DNA of 64,000 nucleotides from a virus. This document shows positions 28,532 through 39,471 of this stretch, one piece after another. The position numbers were made by a program, and so were the translations under genes. The stretch lies in IMG/VR virus record IMGVR_UViG_3300032268_000973, positions 32,001 through 96,000 of that record. One strand, given 5' to 3'. Numbering within the stretch: position 1 is the stretch's first letter; each line of letters opens with the position of its first letter. The notes beneath the pieces are model-generated. The model did no database searches, was not told the origin of the DNA, and worked only from the letters and a program-made list of their open reading frames with translations.

Positions 28532-31518
28532 TGGCGACTACTCAGCAAACTACAAAGTTTTTTTATCCACCTCGACCTGGAAGTGGAGCACAAACCTTCT
28601 CTGACAACATTGTTGGACTACAGACTGTTGAAGGAGGTGGATTGACGCAAGGCAACTTTGAGTTTACAACTTCAGTTGTTGAAAAGGTAGATAGAACCTT
28701 TAATGTTGGGGCGTTTTCCGAGCCTATAAACTTGGACGATCTCAATATTACTGATGTTAACGAAAGTAGAAGAATTTTAGCAACCCAATTCAGAGTTTAC
28801 CCAAACTACGATGTTTCTCAGGTCTTGAACTTTTCGATGTATGGTTCTCTGAGCAAAAGGTTTCAAGTTTCTGTAACTGAAATAATCCATAGATTTCCAG
28901 CATCGTTAGACATACAGTTCAACAATTCATCATTTGAAACAGGAGCAACTGCAACCAACATTTCATATGATTCTGTGTTAGATGAAACAACCTTTAGAGT
29001 GAATGTATCGAGAATAAATAATCCTTTCGATATCGATTATTCTATAAGCGCGTCAACTAATTTATCGGTGAGAGAAATCATAGTTTCTCCTTATAGAAAT
29101 TTATACAATACTTATTTGGACTATTGTGTTGCGGTGAATGATAACATTTTCAATTTAGCATCATTCACACCATCTCCAACATTATCTACAGGATTTGTGG
29201 AGTTCATAGTTTCAGGATCACCATTCGGAAAAACTGCAACAACATTCTTTGAAAATTTTCAAATAAGACCAAATGATTTTATTGTTGATAAAATATTTGC
29301 AGAAAACTTCGATGAAGTTCAAAAGTTCTTATTGAACCGACTTATTAGACCAGAATATACTGCGGTATTCCAAGTTCCACAACAAAATGAAATAGGTCAA
29401 TTTTTTACAAATTATCAACAAGTTACTTGGCCAAAAGAAGGTGTTTGGAACTTGGACATTAAGTCTTTCTTATTTGAAAATTATCTAACAAAACTTGAAG
29501 AAATTGCGGTAAACTTGGATTCGTTCAAAACCAATTTGATTTCAAGATTTTTGATTACAGATTCATTGAAAGAATTTGATACTTTGGGTCAAAAGGCTGA
29601 AAAGATATTTCAAATTTATGGACGAAGTTTTGATCAGATAAAACAATTTATTGACGCTTTGGCATATATGAACTCGGTGAGTTACAACGCATCGAATGAT
29701 ATTCCATCACAATTACTTGTAAATTTAGCCCAAACACTTGGGTGGAGTTCAAACTTTTCGCCTATCACAAATGAAGATTTTTTAAGCTCAGTTTTTGGAA
29801 ATACATCCACACCAACATATCCTGGATATGCTAGAGCCTTGACTCCAACTGAGTTGAACTATGCGTTCTATCGTAATCTTATTCTAAACGCGTCCTATTT
29901 GTTCAAATCAAAAGGAACTAGACGGTCAGTTGAATTTATGTTGAGACTGATTGGAGCACCTGATTCTTTGATTGAATTCAATGAACACATATATCTTGCT
30001 GATCAAAAAATAAATATGGACCAGTTTGATGTTCAATGGGCGGCAATATCAGGGGGAACATATGTTAATACCGTTCCTGCTTATTTGCCTGGATCAACAT
30101 ATAAAATAAAGGGGCAAACTTTTAGTGCGTTTACTTCATCAGCAACGTATGAAGATGTTAATACACAGTTGGATGATTATCCTGTTGATGTTGAGGGATT
30201 TCCTAAAGCTCCTGTGAATACTGAATCATATTTCTTTCAGTTGGGTGCGGGTTGGTATGAATCAACACCATCTCACAGAAGTCCTGATGAAGTGGTAATT
30301 ACTGGAAATGTTTATACAGGGCAAAATTTTGATGTCCAAAGTCAGTTAACACCATTCACTTATGGACAACCATATTTGAATAGATTCCGAGATTTCCCTT
30401 TCATGACAGAAGGGTTCAAATTAAGAAAAATTGTTGATAATAATAAATCTTGGTTAGAGAATGATGATAAGATAAGAATATCAACCAATGCTGATTATAA
30501 CGCTTATTATTTTGTCGACAATGAAAAATTAGTGTTGAACGTAAAGAATGTGGATTTGTTTTTGAATCCATCACAAGGTTTAGTTTATGATGTTTGGGAT
30601 CAATCAAGAAGATATGATTATCCGATACCTGAATCAGGTTTAACTATTGGTTATCCAGTTCCTGGTGGTGTAGATTCAACATTTGTGAAACCAGAGCCTA
30701 AGAAAAAGACATTCTTTGAATTCTCTCAGACTTTTTGGGAGAATATGATCAATGTTAGAAACCGACAATACATAACAGATGGTAAAACAGGTGGATATCC
30801 GACACTTCAATCCATTTTTTGGAAATACATTGAATCTCAAGAGACCGTTGGATTACCGAACAACAAATACACTTATCAAAAGTTAATTGATTATGTTAAC
30901 GGAATCGGCCCATTTTGGATGAAGTTAGTTGAACAAATGATTCCAGCAACAACTTTATGGAATACGGGAGTCAAAATGGAAAACTCTATTTTCCAACGTC
31001 AGAAATTTGTTTACAGAAGGCAAAGAGGATGTCAATTTATTCCTGTTCCCGTTGATCCATGTTTTATTATTTCAAATATTTTTGATTATACCTGTACGAC
31101 TGAATATGTTGACTTCAATATCTATCCGTGGTTGAATGGGGATGTTACAGTGAGTAATTTTAATAGTATTTTATCCAATAGGGTAAATAATATGTTAAGT
31201 CAGAGTGGTCTAACACTTAATGATTGTATTCAGAATTCGGTTGAAAGCAATTGGTATGTAGATTTGAGAATTGACAATCAAATTTTGATTCAAGAATTAT
31301 TTTATACGGGATATGGTTTGAATGATGTTCCAACAAATACAATGTGGAGAAATGCTTTGATTCAATATCTTCCTCAATTATATGATTATGGATACACCTA
31401 TTTCTTAAATGGTAATTTTTTAACAATTACAAGTCTGACTTGCACAGAAAGAAATATAAATGAAACGCTTTCACTCAACTCTGGGATAAATATAGGTATA
31501 AACTGTTCGACTAACTAA
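28531..31518 (+). CDS. baseplate wedge protein, gp7/P2 gpI-like
   Basis: IPSQLLVNLAQTLGW and YLFKSKGTRRSVEFMLRLIG match the gpI/gp7-type KGT motif. Confidence 0.65.
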   Translation: MATTQQTTKFFYPPRPGSGAQTFSDNIVGLQTVEGGGLTQGNFEFTTSVVEKVDRTFNVGAFSEPINLDDLNITDVNESRRILATQFRVYPNYDVSQVLNFSMYGSLSKRFQVSVTEIIHRFPASLDIQFNNSSFETGATATNISYDSVLDETTFRVNVSRINNPFDIDYSISASTNLSVREIIVSPYRNLYNTYLDYCVAVNDNIFNLASFTPSPTLSTGFVEFIVSGSPFGKTATTFFENFQIRPNDFIVDKIFAENFDEVQKFLLNRLIRPEYTAVFQVPQQNEIGQFFTNYQQVTWPKEGVWNLDIKSFLFENYLTKLEEIAVNLDSFKTNLISRFLITDSLKEFDTLGQKAEKIFQIYGRSFDQIKQFIDALAYMNSVSYNASNDIPSQLLVNLAQTLGWSSNFSPITNEDFLSSVFGNTSTPTYPGYARALTPTELNYAFYRNLILNASYLFKSKGTRRSVEFMLRLIGAPDSLIEFNEHIYLADQKINMDQFDVQWAAISGGTYVNTVPAYLPGSTYKIKGQTFSAFTSSATYEDVNTQLDDYPVDVEGFPKAPVNTESYFFQLGAGWYESTPSHRSPDEVVITGNVYTGQNFDVQSQLTPFTYGQPYLNRFRDFPFMTEGFKLRKIVDNNKSWLENDDKIRISTNADYNAYYFVDNEKLVLNVKNVDLFLNPSQGLVYDVWDQSRRYDYPIPESGLTIGYPVPGGVDSTFVKPEPKKKTFFEFSQTFWENMINVRNRQYITDGKTGGYPTLQSIFWKYIESQETVGLPNNKYTYQKLIDYVNGIGPFWMKLVEQMIPATTLWNTGVKMENSIFQRQKFVYRRQRGCQFIPVPVDPCFIISNIFDYTCTTEYVDFNIYPWLNGDVTVSNFNSILSNRVNNMLSQSGLTLNDCIQNSVESNWYVDLRIDNQILIQELFYTGYGLNDVPTNTMWRNALIQYLPQLYDYGYTYFLNGNFLTITSLTCTERNINETLSLNSGINIGINCSTN

Positions 31519-33650
31519 TGGCCTTGAATTATAACATAACGGTAACTGGAGATTGTAGTAACAACAATTCAGGGGCATTTAATTTATATGTCAGTGGGGG
31601 TACACCTCCATACACTGTGCAATTCACTGACCCTGTTTATGCGTCACAAACTTTTACATTACAACCCGCTTCATTGGCTGGATTGGCAAGTAGAGTTTAT
31701 TATATGAGGGTTAACGATAGTAGCCTACCTGTCAACGAACAATTTTTACTTAATATACCAATATCGAGTGGTGTCTGCGGTTCAATAGTTTCCACCAAGA
31801 ATACCACATGTGGATTAAATAATGGATCGGTAACAGGGTCTTCAACATCTCTTTATTCATCTACAAATTTTTATTTGTATGGCATTAATAATAACTATTT
31901 AGCTTCAGCATCCACTAATACAAATGAAGCAGTTTTTGGATCGTTGAGTGCTGGAACTTATTATTTGGGTGTTAGAGATCTAGGAGGGTGTACCGCTTTC
32001 ACACAAACATTCATAATCGAAAATTCGGAGACATTAAATTACGGACTTTATGCGGTTCCTAATTCGAGTTGTGGAGGTAGCCCGATAGGTAAAATTTTTG
32101 TTACAGGCCAAACAGGGTTAGCCCCTTATTCTTATTTGTGGAGTAATGGACAAACAGGTAGCACTATTACAGGTTTGACATCGGGGACTTATTCGGTCGA
32201 TGTAACCGATGCTTATGGGTGTGTAGTTACAAAAACAGCCGTTATAACTGATGTAAATCCAGTCGGATTAGGATTATTTACATCAACGGCGCCAACTTGT
32301 TTACAGTCCAATGGGGTGATCAATATGACGATTACTGGAGGAACTGAGCCATTTTATTATTCCGCGTCAACAGGAGACGTATTGGTTTCTTATTCAAGAA
32401 CATATACTTTATCTAATCTTTCTGCTGGGCAATATAACTTTCAAGTAACAGACGCGGGACTTTGCCAAATGTTTGCTGGAACGACTTTGGAGTCTCCAAG
32501 TGGAATCACCTCTGTGTCGGTGGTCGGACAAAATTCAAGTTGTTCAAGTAGTAATGGGTTGATTACAGTGAGTGTTGTGGGTGGAACTGCCCCATACACC
32601 TATACTTTGATTTATCCTACAGGAAATCAATTGAATATTAACACATCTCAAACAACACAAATATTTCAAAATTTAAGTGGGGGAACTTATACGGTTGGTG
32701 TGTCGGACAATTCAGGATGTTCTTATTTGGAAGAACTTACAATAGTTGCTCAAAATAAATTTTCATTTACGACTCAAGTTGGTGGAACGTCCTGTAACCA
32801 AAACAATGGGACTGTAACCATAACTACAACTACGGGGGCTACTTTACCTTTGGATTATTCTGTGGATGGAATACAAAATATTATTGATACAAACCTTACC
32901 GCGGTTACATTCAATAATTTGTCGGCAGGAACTCATTCAGTTAGTGTTACTGATGCCGATGGATGTGTAAGAACGGCAAATATTTTAATACCATTTAGTC
33001 AACCACTAACATACTCTTTGGTTAGTACTTCTTGCGGAAGTGGTAATAGTGGTAAAATTACAGCATTTATAACGTCGGGGGAACCTCCATTCACATTCAA
33101 TTGGTCTAATAATGTGCCTAACAACCCACAAACTATTCAAGTTTCAGGGTTGACTGCAGGAACTTATTCACTGACTGTCGTTGATAGTAATGGATGTTCT
33201 TTGACTAGAAATTCAACAATATCTTGTAATTCAAATTATACAACCTATCAAACTTATACCATGGGGGCTGAGGTATTCAATATTGAGTCTCCGACTAAGT
33301 TCGGTCTATTACAAATGTTGAATGAGGGATATGAAGATTTAACCAATTCAAATAACGGATGCGATCTCATAGATGCGACATTTACTGCAAAAGTTTCAGT
33401 GAATCCGAGTGGGGTAGTTGTAAGCCAAAACTTCTTTACTTCAACCTCTTTAATACAAGTTCCAACCGACAATCAATGGTATGACACTTTGAAAAACTTG
33501 TTGTTAAGTATAAGTGGAGTTGGAAATGTGATTATAGATCAATTGAATAATCAAATAACGATTGAAACAAGCCGAAACAATACTTCATTGGAAGGGGAAG
33601 AAATTGTTGTAGAGTTGATAATCGACTATAATATAATTTGTTTATCATGA
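31518..33650 (+). CDS. SprB-repeat virion adhesin-like protein
   Basis: About 7 repeats of type C...NG.I...GGT.PY.Y.WS...L.AGTY.V.VTD.NGC, e.g. GLAPYSYLWSNGQTGSTITGLTSGTYSVDVTDAYGC. Confidence 0.8.
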   Translation: MALNYNITVTGDCSNNNSGAFNLYVSGGTPPYTVQFTDPVYASQTFTLQPASLAGLASRVYYMRVNDSSLPVNEQFLLNIPISSGVCGSIVSTKNTTCGLNNGSVTGSSTSLYSSTNFYLYGINNNYLASASTNTNEAVFGSLSAGTYYLGVRDLGGCTAFTQTFIIENSETLNYGLYAVPNSSCGGSPIGKIFVTGQTGLAPYSYLWSNGQTGSTITGLTSGTYSVDVTDAYGCVVTKTAVITDVNPVGLGLFTSTAPTCLQSNGVINMTITGGTEPFYYSASTGDVLVSYSRTYTLSNLSAGQYNFQVTDAGLCQMFAGTTLESPSGITSVSVVGQNSSCSSSNGLITVSVVGGTAPYTYTLIYPTGNQLNINTSQTTQIFQNLSGGTYTVGVSDNSGCSYLEELTIVAQNKFSFTTQVGGTSCNQNNGTVTITTTTGATLPLDYSVDGIQNIIDTNLTAVTFNNLSAGTHSVSVTDADGCVRTANILIPFSQPLTYSLVSTSCGSGNSGKITAFITSGEPPFTFNWSNNVPNNPQTIQVSGLTAGTYSLTVVDSNGCSLTRNSTISCNSNYTTYQTYTMGAEVFNIESPTKFGLLQMLNEGYEDLTNSNNGCDLIDATFTAKVSVNPSGVVVSQNFFTSTSLIQVPTDNQWYDTLKNLLLSISGVGNVIIDQLNNQITIETSRNNTSLEGEEIVVELIIDYNIICLS

Positions 33651-33976
33651 GTAATCAGGTAGTTGTAACATCGATAACAGGGGGGACTCCACCAATTAGT
33701 GTGTACATATCTGACATATATGGAAACTATGAAACGTTTTTAGGAACAATTAGTGGGGCAGTCCCTCCACAAGTCGAATATAATACGGTTATTCCACCAA
33801 TATTTCAAACTGCGCCTGAAATATTGTTGAAAATGGTTGATGCTAACAATTGCCAAGTATTTAAAGTATTGACTTGTGTATTTGGTGATTTCATCATAAC
33901 TCAAAATGGAATTATAATAATAACTCAAAGTGGTAACAGTTTGGTTTTACAGTCATCAGGAGACGTTCCTCTATAG
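33647..33976 (+). CDS. small tail-associated protein
   Basis: ATGA overlap gives a start at 33647; SprB-like GGTPP...VDANNC; lies just before the fibre gene. Confidence 0.65.
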   Translation: MSNQVVVTSITGGTPPISVYISDIYGNYETFLGTISGAVPPQVEYNTVIPPIFQTAPEILLKMVDANNCQVFKVLTCVFGDFIITQNGIIIITQSGNSLVLQSSGDVPL

Positions 33977-34023
33977 AACGAAAAATAAAAAAAATGATAT
34001 AGAGAAAAAAATAAATAGAAAAA

Positions 34024-34031
34024 TATTTATA
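34024..34031 (+). promoter_or_regulatory. putative late promoter TATTTATA
   Basis: Only 4 nt before the fibre ATG, closer than the other copies. Confidence 0.45.
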
Positions 34032-34035
34032 AGTT

Positions 34036-37000
34036 ATGTCAAACACTCGAATAACTGATTTACCCATAGTCTCCGCTGCAACCCCAAACGACAGACTATA
34101 CATTGTTACTGGCTTTACTGGAGGAACCTCAGGTACTTCAGGTCAGATTGCTTTTTCATCATTCACTGCTAGTATTTCAGGTGGAACTAGCGGTACAAGT
34201 GGGTCATCAGGATCGAGTGGAACTTCTGGAACTAGTGGATCATCAGGATCTAGTGGAACTTCTGGATTAGAGGGTAATTTGGCTATATGGAGATTTACGG
34301 GAAATACCGATACTACAAGTAATCCAGGATCTTCATATTTTTCATTGAATACAGGTGATGACTTTTCATTGACAACAACTTCAATTGCAGTCAATGATAC
34401 TGCTTACGCGCCATCGGCATCTTTCCAAACTATATTAAATTCACTTACAGTTGATACAATTATTAAACTTGTAAGAGTTGATGATCCATCATATTTCAAA
34501 GTTCTTAAAATTACCGCAATAATTCCACCTCAACCAGGATTTGAAGATTATACTGTTCAACAAATTGCGGGTGGTGGTTCATTGTCAGTTCCGAATAATA
34601 CACAATTTGCGTTCACTATTGCAGGACAGCCAGGAACCTCAGGATCTGCTGGAACGGCAGGAACCTCAGGAACCTCAGGAACATCAGGTACTTCAGGATC
34701 TAGTGGAACTTCTGGAACAAGTGGTAGTTCGGGTACATCAGGAACAAGTGGTAGTTCGGGAACAAATGGGACCTCGGGAACAAATGGAACTTCGGGAACA
34801 TCTGGAACCTCAGGATCTAGTGGAACTTCGGGGACATCAGGAACTAGTGGAACATCAGGAAGTAGTGGAACCTCAGGAACTGATGGGACCTCAGGAACAA
34901 ATGGAACCTCAGGAACAAATGGAACCTCAGGAACAAGTGGAACTTCAGGTACATCAGGAACAAGTGGAACGTCTGGTACTTCAGGGACATCAGGGACATC
35001 TGGAACAAGTGGAACTGATGGGACTTCTGGTACTAATGGAACTTCAGGGACATCTGGAACAAGTGGAACATCAGGAACAAGTGGTACTTCAGGTACATCA
35101 GGAAGTAGCGGAACATCGGGTACTTCAGGTACATCAGGGACTAGCGGTACTAATGGAACTTCAGGTACATCAGGAACAAGTGGGACTTCAGGTACATCAG
35201 GAACTTCAGGGACATCAGGAAGTAGTGGAACATCGGGCACTTCAGGAACATCAGGAACTTCGGGTACTAATGGAACATCGGGTACTTCAGGTACAAGTGG
35301 AACTTCGGGTACAAGTGGAACAAGTGGATCATCAGGTCTTAGTGGAGTAAATGGAACTTCTGGAACAAGTGCGACTTCAGGAACAAGTGGTACTTCAGGT
35401 ACATCAGGAACGTCAGGAACAAGTGGAACCTCAGGTACATCAGGAACGTCAGGAACTAGTGGAACTGATGGGACTTCAGGTACCAATGGAACTTCAGGTA
35501 CTTCAGGTACATCAGGAACAAGTGGTAGTTCAGGAACTTCGGGGACAAGTGGAACTTCGGGGACAAGTGGAACATCAGGATCAAGTGGTACGTCAGGAAC
35601 AAGCGGTTCTTCAGGAACTGATGGAACTTCAGGAACAAGTGGTTCTTCAGGAACGAGTGGAACCTCGGGCACCTCAGGAACTTCAGGAACATCAGGAAGT
35701 AGTGGAACATCAGGTACTAGTGGTACATCAGGAACTAGTGGTACTGATGGGACTTCAGGTACATCGGGTACTTCAGGGACAAGTGGCACCTCAGGAACTT
35801 CAGGAACATCAGGAAGTAGTGGAACATCAGGAACTAGTGGTACCTCAGGAACTAGTGGCACTAATGGGACTTCAGGTACATCAGGTACTTCAGGGACAAG
35901 TGGCACTTCGGGAACTTCGGGTACATCAGGAAGTAGTGGAACATCAGGAACTAGTGGTACTTCGGGAACTAGCGGTACTAATGGAACTTCAGGGACATCA
36001 GGAACTAGCGGGACCTCGGGAACTTCTGGTACAAGTGGATCAAGTGGAACATCAGGAACTAGTGGTACTTCGGGAACTAGCGGTACTAATGGAACTTCGG
36101 GGACTAGCGGTACATCTGGAACCTCAGGTACTAGCGGGACCTCGGGAACTTCTGGTACAAGTGGATCAAGCGGGACTTCAGGAACAAGTGGTACTTCAGG
36201 AACTAGTGGTAGTTCGGGAACTAGTGGAACATCAGGTACTAGTGGAACATCAGGTGTAAACGGAGTTTCAGGAGGAGCGATATATTATTTTAATGAGTCA
36301 CTAACTTCAGGGCCATATAAGGAGTTTTCGATCATTCCAACGAATACAGGAGAACAAACTATAACAACGGCATCAATTGTATCTGGTGGAACGGATACAA
36401 TTCAGTCATTTTTGACGGATACAGGTAAACCAGGGGTTACTGCAATTCCTGCTGGAATATGGCAATTCTTTTTACATAGTTATAAATCAAGTGCTAGTGT
36501 CTCCTTTGATATATTCTGTGAGGTATATAAAAGAACAACTGGAGGTACCGAAACGTTTTTATTCGCATCAGACCCAACACCAATACTATCGGATTCACCG
36601 ACGTTTATAATGGAAATTTCTGATGCATATCAAAGTGGATATACAATTACAATTTCAGACCAAATTCTTGTTAAAGTACGTGCTACAAACACAGGAAGTG
36701 TAACAGGTACAGTCACGTTAGCAACTGAAGGATCGACACATTACTCTTACGCACAGACTACGTTGGGTATTGTAAATGGTACATCTGGATCTTCAGGATC
36801 AAGTGGAACTGATGGTACTTCAGGTACTAGTGGAACATCAGGGACAAGTGGGACCTCAGGAACTTCTGGAACAAGTGGTAGCTCTGGAACAAGTGGAACT
36901 TCAGGTACTAGTGGTACTAATGGAACATCAGGGACAAGTGGAACCTCAGGAACTAGTGGAACATCAGGAACTTCTGGAACAAGCGGTAGTTCGGGAACAA

Positions 37001-38610
37001 GTGGTAGTTCGGGAACAAGTGGTACTTCAGGAACTAATGGAACTTCAGGGACTAATGGAACTTCAGGGACTAGTGGAACCTCAGGGACAAGTGGAACTTC
37101 AGGAACCTCAGGGACAAGTGGAACATCAGGAACTTCAGGGTCATCAGGATCAAGTGGAACATCAGGAACTAATGGAACTTCTGGTACTAATGGGACTTCT
37201 GGAACTGATGGAACTTCTGGAACTAGTGGAACTAGTGGAACATCAGGTACAAGTGGTACCTCAGGATCTAGTGGAACATCAGGTACAAGTGGAAGTTCAG
37301 GAACTAATGGGACTTCAGGAACTGATGGGACATCAGGAACTTCTGGAACAAGTGGTACATCGGGTTCTTCAGGGACATCTGGAACAAGTGGAACTTCAGG
37401 AACTTCTGGATCAAGTGGTACTAATGGAACATCAGGAACCTCTGGTACGAATGGAACTTCAGGTACTAGTGGAACGAGTGGGACTAATGGAACTTCGGGA
37501 ACATCTGGAACAAGCGGTAGCTCGGGAACAAGCGGAACATCTGGATCAAGTGGAACTAATGGAACATCTGGTTCTTCGGGAACAAATGGAACTTCAGGAA
37601 CAAATGGAACTTCAGGGACATCAGGTTCTTCAGGTACATCAGGTTCTAGTGGAACATCAGGATCAAGCGGATCTTCAGGTACGTCAGGATCAAGCGGATC
37701 TTCAGGTACGTCAGGATCTTCAGGAACTAATGGTACATCAGGAACTAATGGTACATCAGGAACTAATGGTACATCAGGAACTAATGGTACATCAGGATCT
37801 AGTGGAACGTCTGGAACAAATGGTACATCAGGAACTAATGGTACTTCAGGATCTAGTGGATCTTCAGGAACTAATGGAACGTCAGGAACAAACGGAACTT
37901 CAGGAACAAACGGAACGTCAGGAACTAATGGAACGTCAGGAACAAACGGAACTTCAGGATCAAGTGGATCTTCAGGTACATCGGGTACAAACGGTACTTC
38001 AGGTACAAACGGTACTTCAGGAATAAATGGAACATCTGGATCAAGTGGAACAAATGGTACATCAGGTTCAAGCGGTTCTTCAGGTTTGGGAACTATTAAC
38101 TCTAATGTTGACAATTATGTTCTAACCGCAACAGGTAGTGCAGGTACTATTCAAGGGGAAGCTAACTTTACTTTCAATGGTACAACTGCAAGAATAGGAA
38201 TTGGTTCCGCTGGAGCTTTAGGAGTTGGAACAGCCGCTGCGACTCCAACCACAGATGGATTGATAAGAGCGACAAATGATGTGATTGCATATTTTAGTTC
38301 TGACAAGAGATTAAAGACGAATGTAGTTCCTCTCTCAAATCCTTTAGAAAAAGTGAACAAGATTGGTGGATATGAATTTGATTGGATTGTTAAAGAAGGT
38401 ATACATGAAAACGAAGGACACGATATTGGAGTAATCGCTCAAGAAGTTGAATCAGTTTTGCCCGAAGTTGTTACAACTAGAAATAATGGATTCAAAGCGG
38501 TTAAATATGAAAAACTAGTTGCTCTTCTAATTGAATGTGTTAAAGAACAAAATAAAGAAATAGATTCACTTAAAAAACATATTGGTTACCCATCGTCCGA
38601 TACCGAATAA
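34036..38610 (+). CDS. tail fibre with collagen-like Gly-Thr-Ser repeats and C-terminal Peptidase S74 intramolecular chaperone
   Basis: N-terminal [10 protein letters not shown]; three Gly-X-Y blocks separated by two globular domains; C-terminal SDKRLK...GYEFDW...[18 protein letters not shown]...[17 protein letters not shown] (from 38299). Confidence 0.85.
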   Translation: MSNTRITDLPIVSAATPNDRLYIVTGFTGGTSGTSGQIAFSSFTASISGGTSGTSGSSGSSGTSGTSGSSGSSGTSGLEGNLAIWRFTGNTDTTSNPGSSYFSLNTGDDFSLTTTSIAVNDTAYAPSASFQTILNSLTVDTIIKLVRVDDPSYFKVLKITAIIPPQPGFEDYTVQQIAGGGSLSVPNNTQFAFTIAGQPGTSGSAGTAGTSGTSGTSGTSGSSGTSGTSGSSGTSGTSGSSGTNGTSGTNGTSGTSGTSGSSGTSGTSGTSGTSGSSGTSGTDGTSGTNGTSGTNGTSGTSGTSGTSGTSGTSGTSGTSGTSGTSGTDGTSGTNGTSGTSGTSGTSGTSGTSGTSGSSGTSGTSGTSGTSGTNGTSGTSGTSGTSGTSGTSGTSGSSGTSGTSGTSGTSGTNGTSGTSGTSGTSGTSGTSGSSGLSGVNGTSGTSATSGTSGTSGTSGTSGTSGTSGTSGTSGTSGTDGTSGTNGTSGTSGTSGTSGSSGTSGTSGTSGTSGTSGSSGTSGTSGSSGTDGTSGTSGSSGTSGTSGTSGTSGTSGSSGTSGTSGTSGTSGTDGTSGTSGTSGTSGTSGTSGTSGSSGTSGTSGTSGTSGTNGTSGTSGTSGTSGTSGTSGTSGSSGTSGTSGTSGTSGTNGTSGTSGTSGTSGTSGTSGSSGTSGTSGTSGTSGTNGTSGTSGTSGTSGTSGTSGTSGTSGSSGTSGTSGTSGTSGSSGTSGTSGTSGTSGVNGVSGGAIYYFNESLTSGPYKEFSIIPTNTGEQTITTASIVSGGTDTIQSFLTDTGKPGVTAIPAGIWQFFLHSYKSSASVSFDIFCEVYKRTTGGTETFLFASDPTPILSDSPTFIMEISDAYQSGYTITISDQILVKVRATNTGSVTGTVTLATEGSTHYSYAQTTLGIVNGTSGSSGSSGTDGTSGTSGTSGTSGTSGTSGTSGSSGTSGTSGTSGTNGTSGTSGTSGTSGTSGTSGTSGSSGTSGSSGTSGTSGTNGTSGTNGTSGTSGTSGTSGTSGTSGTSGTSGTSGSSGSSGTSGTNGTSGTNGTSGTDGTSGTSGTSGTSGTSGTSGSSGTSGTSGSSGTNGTSGTDGTSGTSGTSGTSGSSGTSGTSGTSGTSGSSGTNGTSGTSGTNGTSGTSGTSGTNGTSGTSGTSGSSGTSGTSGSSGTNGTSGSSGTNGTSGTNGTSGTSGSSGTSGSSGTSGSSGSSGTSGSSGSSGTSGSSGTNGTSGTNGTSGTNGTSGTNGTSGSSGTSGTNGTSGTNGTSGSSGSSGTNGTSGTNGTSGTNGTSGTNGTSGTNGTSGSSGSSGTSGTNGTSGTNGTSGINGTSGSSGTNGTSGSSGSSGLGTINSNVDNYVLTATGSAGTIQGEANFTFNGTTARIGIGSAGALGVGTAAATPTTDGLIRATNDVIAYFSSDKRLKTNVVPLSNPLEKVNKIGGYEFDWIVKEGIHENEGHDIGVIAQEVESVLPEVVTTRNNGFKAVKYEKLVALLIECVKEQNKEIDSLKKHIGYPSSDTE
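34183..34263 (+). repeat. Gly-X-Y 9-bp repeat block 0 (9 triplets)
   Basis: GTS/GSS triplets with varied synonymous codons. Confidence 0.9.
34624..36270 (+). repeat. Gly-X-Y 9-bp repeat block 1 (183 triplets)
   Basis: [12 protein letters not shown]; one Gly-to-Ala break at 35371; higher-order 117/117/108-bp units starting at 35704, 35821 and 35938. Confidence 0.95.
36778..38082 (+). repeat. Gly-X-Y 9-bp repeat block 2 (145 triplets)
   Basis: Same units; GTN becomes more frequent towards the 3' end. Confidence 0.95.
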
Positions 38611-38658
38611 AATATAGGATATATTATTATTAGTTTATTTTGTAATACTATTACATAA

Positions 38659-38666
38659 TATTTATA
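38659..38666 (+). promoter_or_regulatory. putative late promoter TATTTATA
   Basis: Intergenic, 35 nt before the ATG at 38702. Confidence 0.5.
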
Positions 38667-38701
38667 AAGTTAGGAATAAAATTAAAATCTAAAATAAAGA
38701 A

Positions 38702-38944
38702 ATGGGTGTATTACCAGCTACAGGGTCTCAAATTTCGATGGGAAGCACATGGAGGGCTATGACAAATATTAACCCTGTAGCTGGTTTGAACTTGGGTCTT
38801 AATGCCACTTTAGGATTTAACAGACAACCACCACAAGTAAATGGTACCGTTGCGCAACAAACTAGAATCAATAATGGTGTTATAACAACATTCTCGGTAG
38901 ATTTCGGAGGGTTAACTACTCCTCACAATTATACCTTCCCTTAA
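38702..38944 (+). CDS. 80-aa Gly/Thr/Asn-rich protein, possible fibre-tip/adhesin partner
   Basis: MGVLPATGSQISMG...FGGLTTP; follows the S74 fibre gene with its own late motif. Confidence 0.7.
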   Translation: MGVLPATGSQISMGSTWRAMTNINPVAGLNLGLNATLGFNRQPPQVNGTVAQQTRINNGVITTFSVDFGGLTTPHNYTFP

Positions 38945-38979
38945 TCAAGTTTGATTATGATCATATTAGTGATATGTCT

Positions 38980-39007
38980 TTGACAATTCAAATTTTTTTA
39001 TTATTTT
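38980..39007 (+). promoter_or_regulatory. possible sigma70-like promoter for the tailoring operon
   Basis: TTGACA-N16-TATTTT, 17 nt before ATG 39025; the -10 element is weak. Confidence 0.4.
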
Positions 39008-39024
39008 TTTGAAAAATCAAAGAT

Positions 39025-39471
39025 ATGCAATTTCAACATAAAAACTTCCCATCAGAATACAAACTCAAAAATGTAATTTGGGTTGGTATTGATTACAATA
39101 AGAAAAAACTAATCAAATTTTTTAAAAAATATAATTATTACAAATCTCTACCTCAAAACGAAGAATCAGATGAAATGATTCGTATCATGGATGAAATAAT
39201 TTCATTCCACGGATTAGAAAATTTGAATAGTCTATTGAATAATGATCCTGAATACAGTCGTTGGTCGACCATAGAAATGATATCGAAAAAGGCTTCATTA
39301 GAATTGATGATTGATGGTAGATATTCCAAAAAAACATTTTTTAAAATGTCTCACTTACCTATTGTTGATTTCAAGTTGACATTGAAACGAATTCAAGAAC
39401 TTGTGAGGAACATAGATAAACTTGTTAAAGATACCGATTTAGGTAATACCAACATCCCAGGTGTTAAGTGA
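39025..39471 (+). CDS. hypothetical protein (148 aa)
   Basis: ATG ORF; its stop overlaps the next start (GTGA). Confidence 0.7.
   Translation: MQFQHKNFPSEYKLKNVIWVGIDYNKKKLIKFFKKYNYYKSLPQNEESDEMIRIMDEIISFHGLENLNSLLNNDPEYSRWSTIEMISKKASLELMIDGRYSKKTFFKMSHLPIVDFKLTLKRIQELVRNIDKLVKDTDLGNTNIPGVK

Noticed and set aside
34624-38082. CRISPR array or non-coding satellite
   Set aside because: There is no constant repeat with unique spacers; the repeat is in-frame coding with synonymous variation.
34624-38082. Ice-binding/antifreeze function for the Thr-rich Gly-X-X repeat
   Set aside because: There is a superficial similarity to Gly-X-X antifreeze proteins, but nothing else supports it. The S74 chaperone and tail context explain the gene as a fibre.
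34143-38360. Long alternative-frame and antisense ORFs (PEVPLV... and EHQELQ... repeats)
   Set aside because: They are shadows of the 9-bp Gly-Thr-Ser repeat, which lacks stops in other frames. Third-position variation preserves only the GTS frame.
38641-38976. Short palindromes TGTAATA-C-TATTACA (38641-38655) and TAATCAA-GT-TTGATTA (38942-38957) as operators
   Set aside because: They are short, very AT-rich and unlike each other, so they cannot be told from chance.
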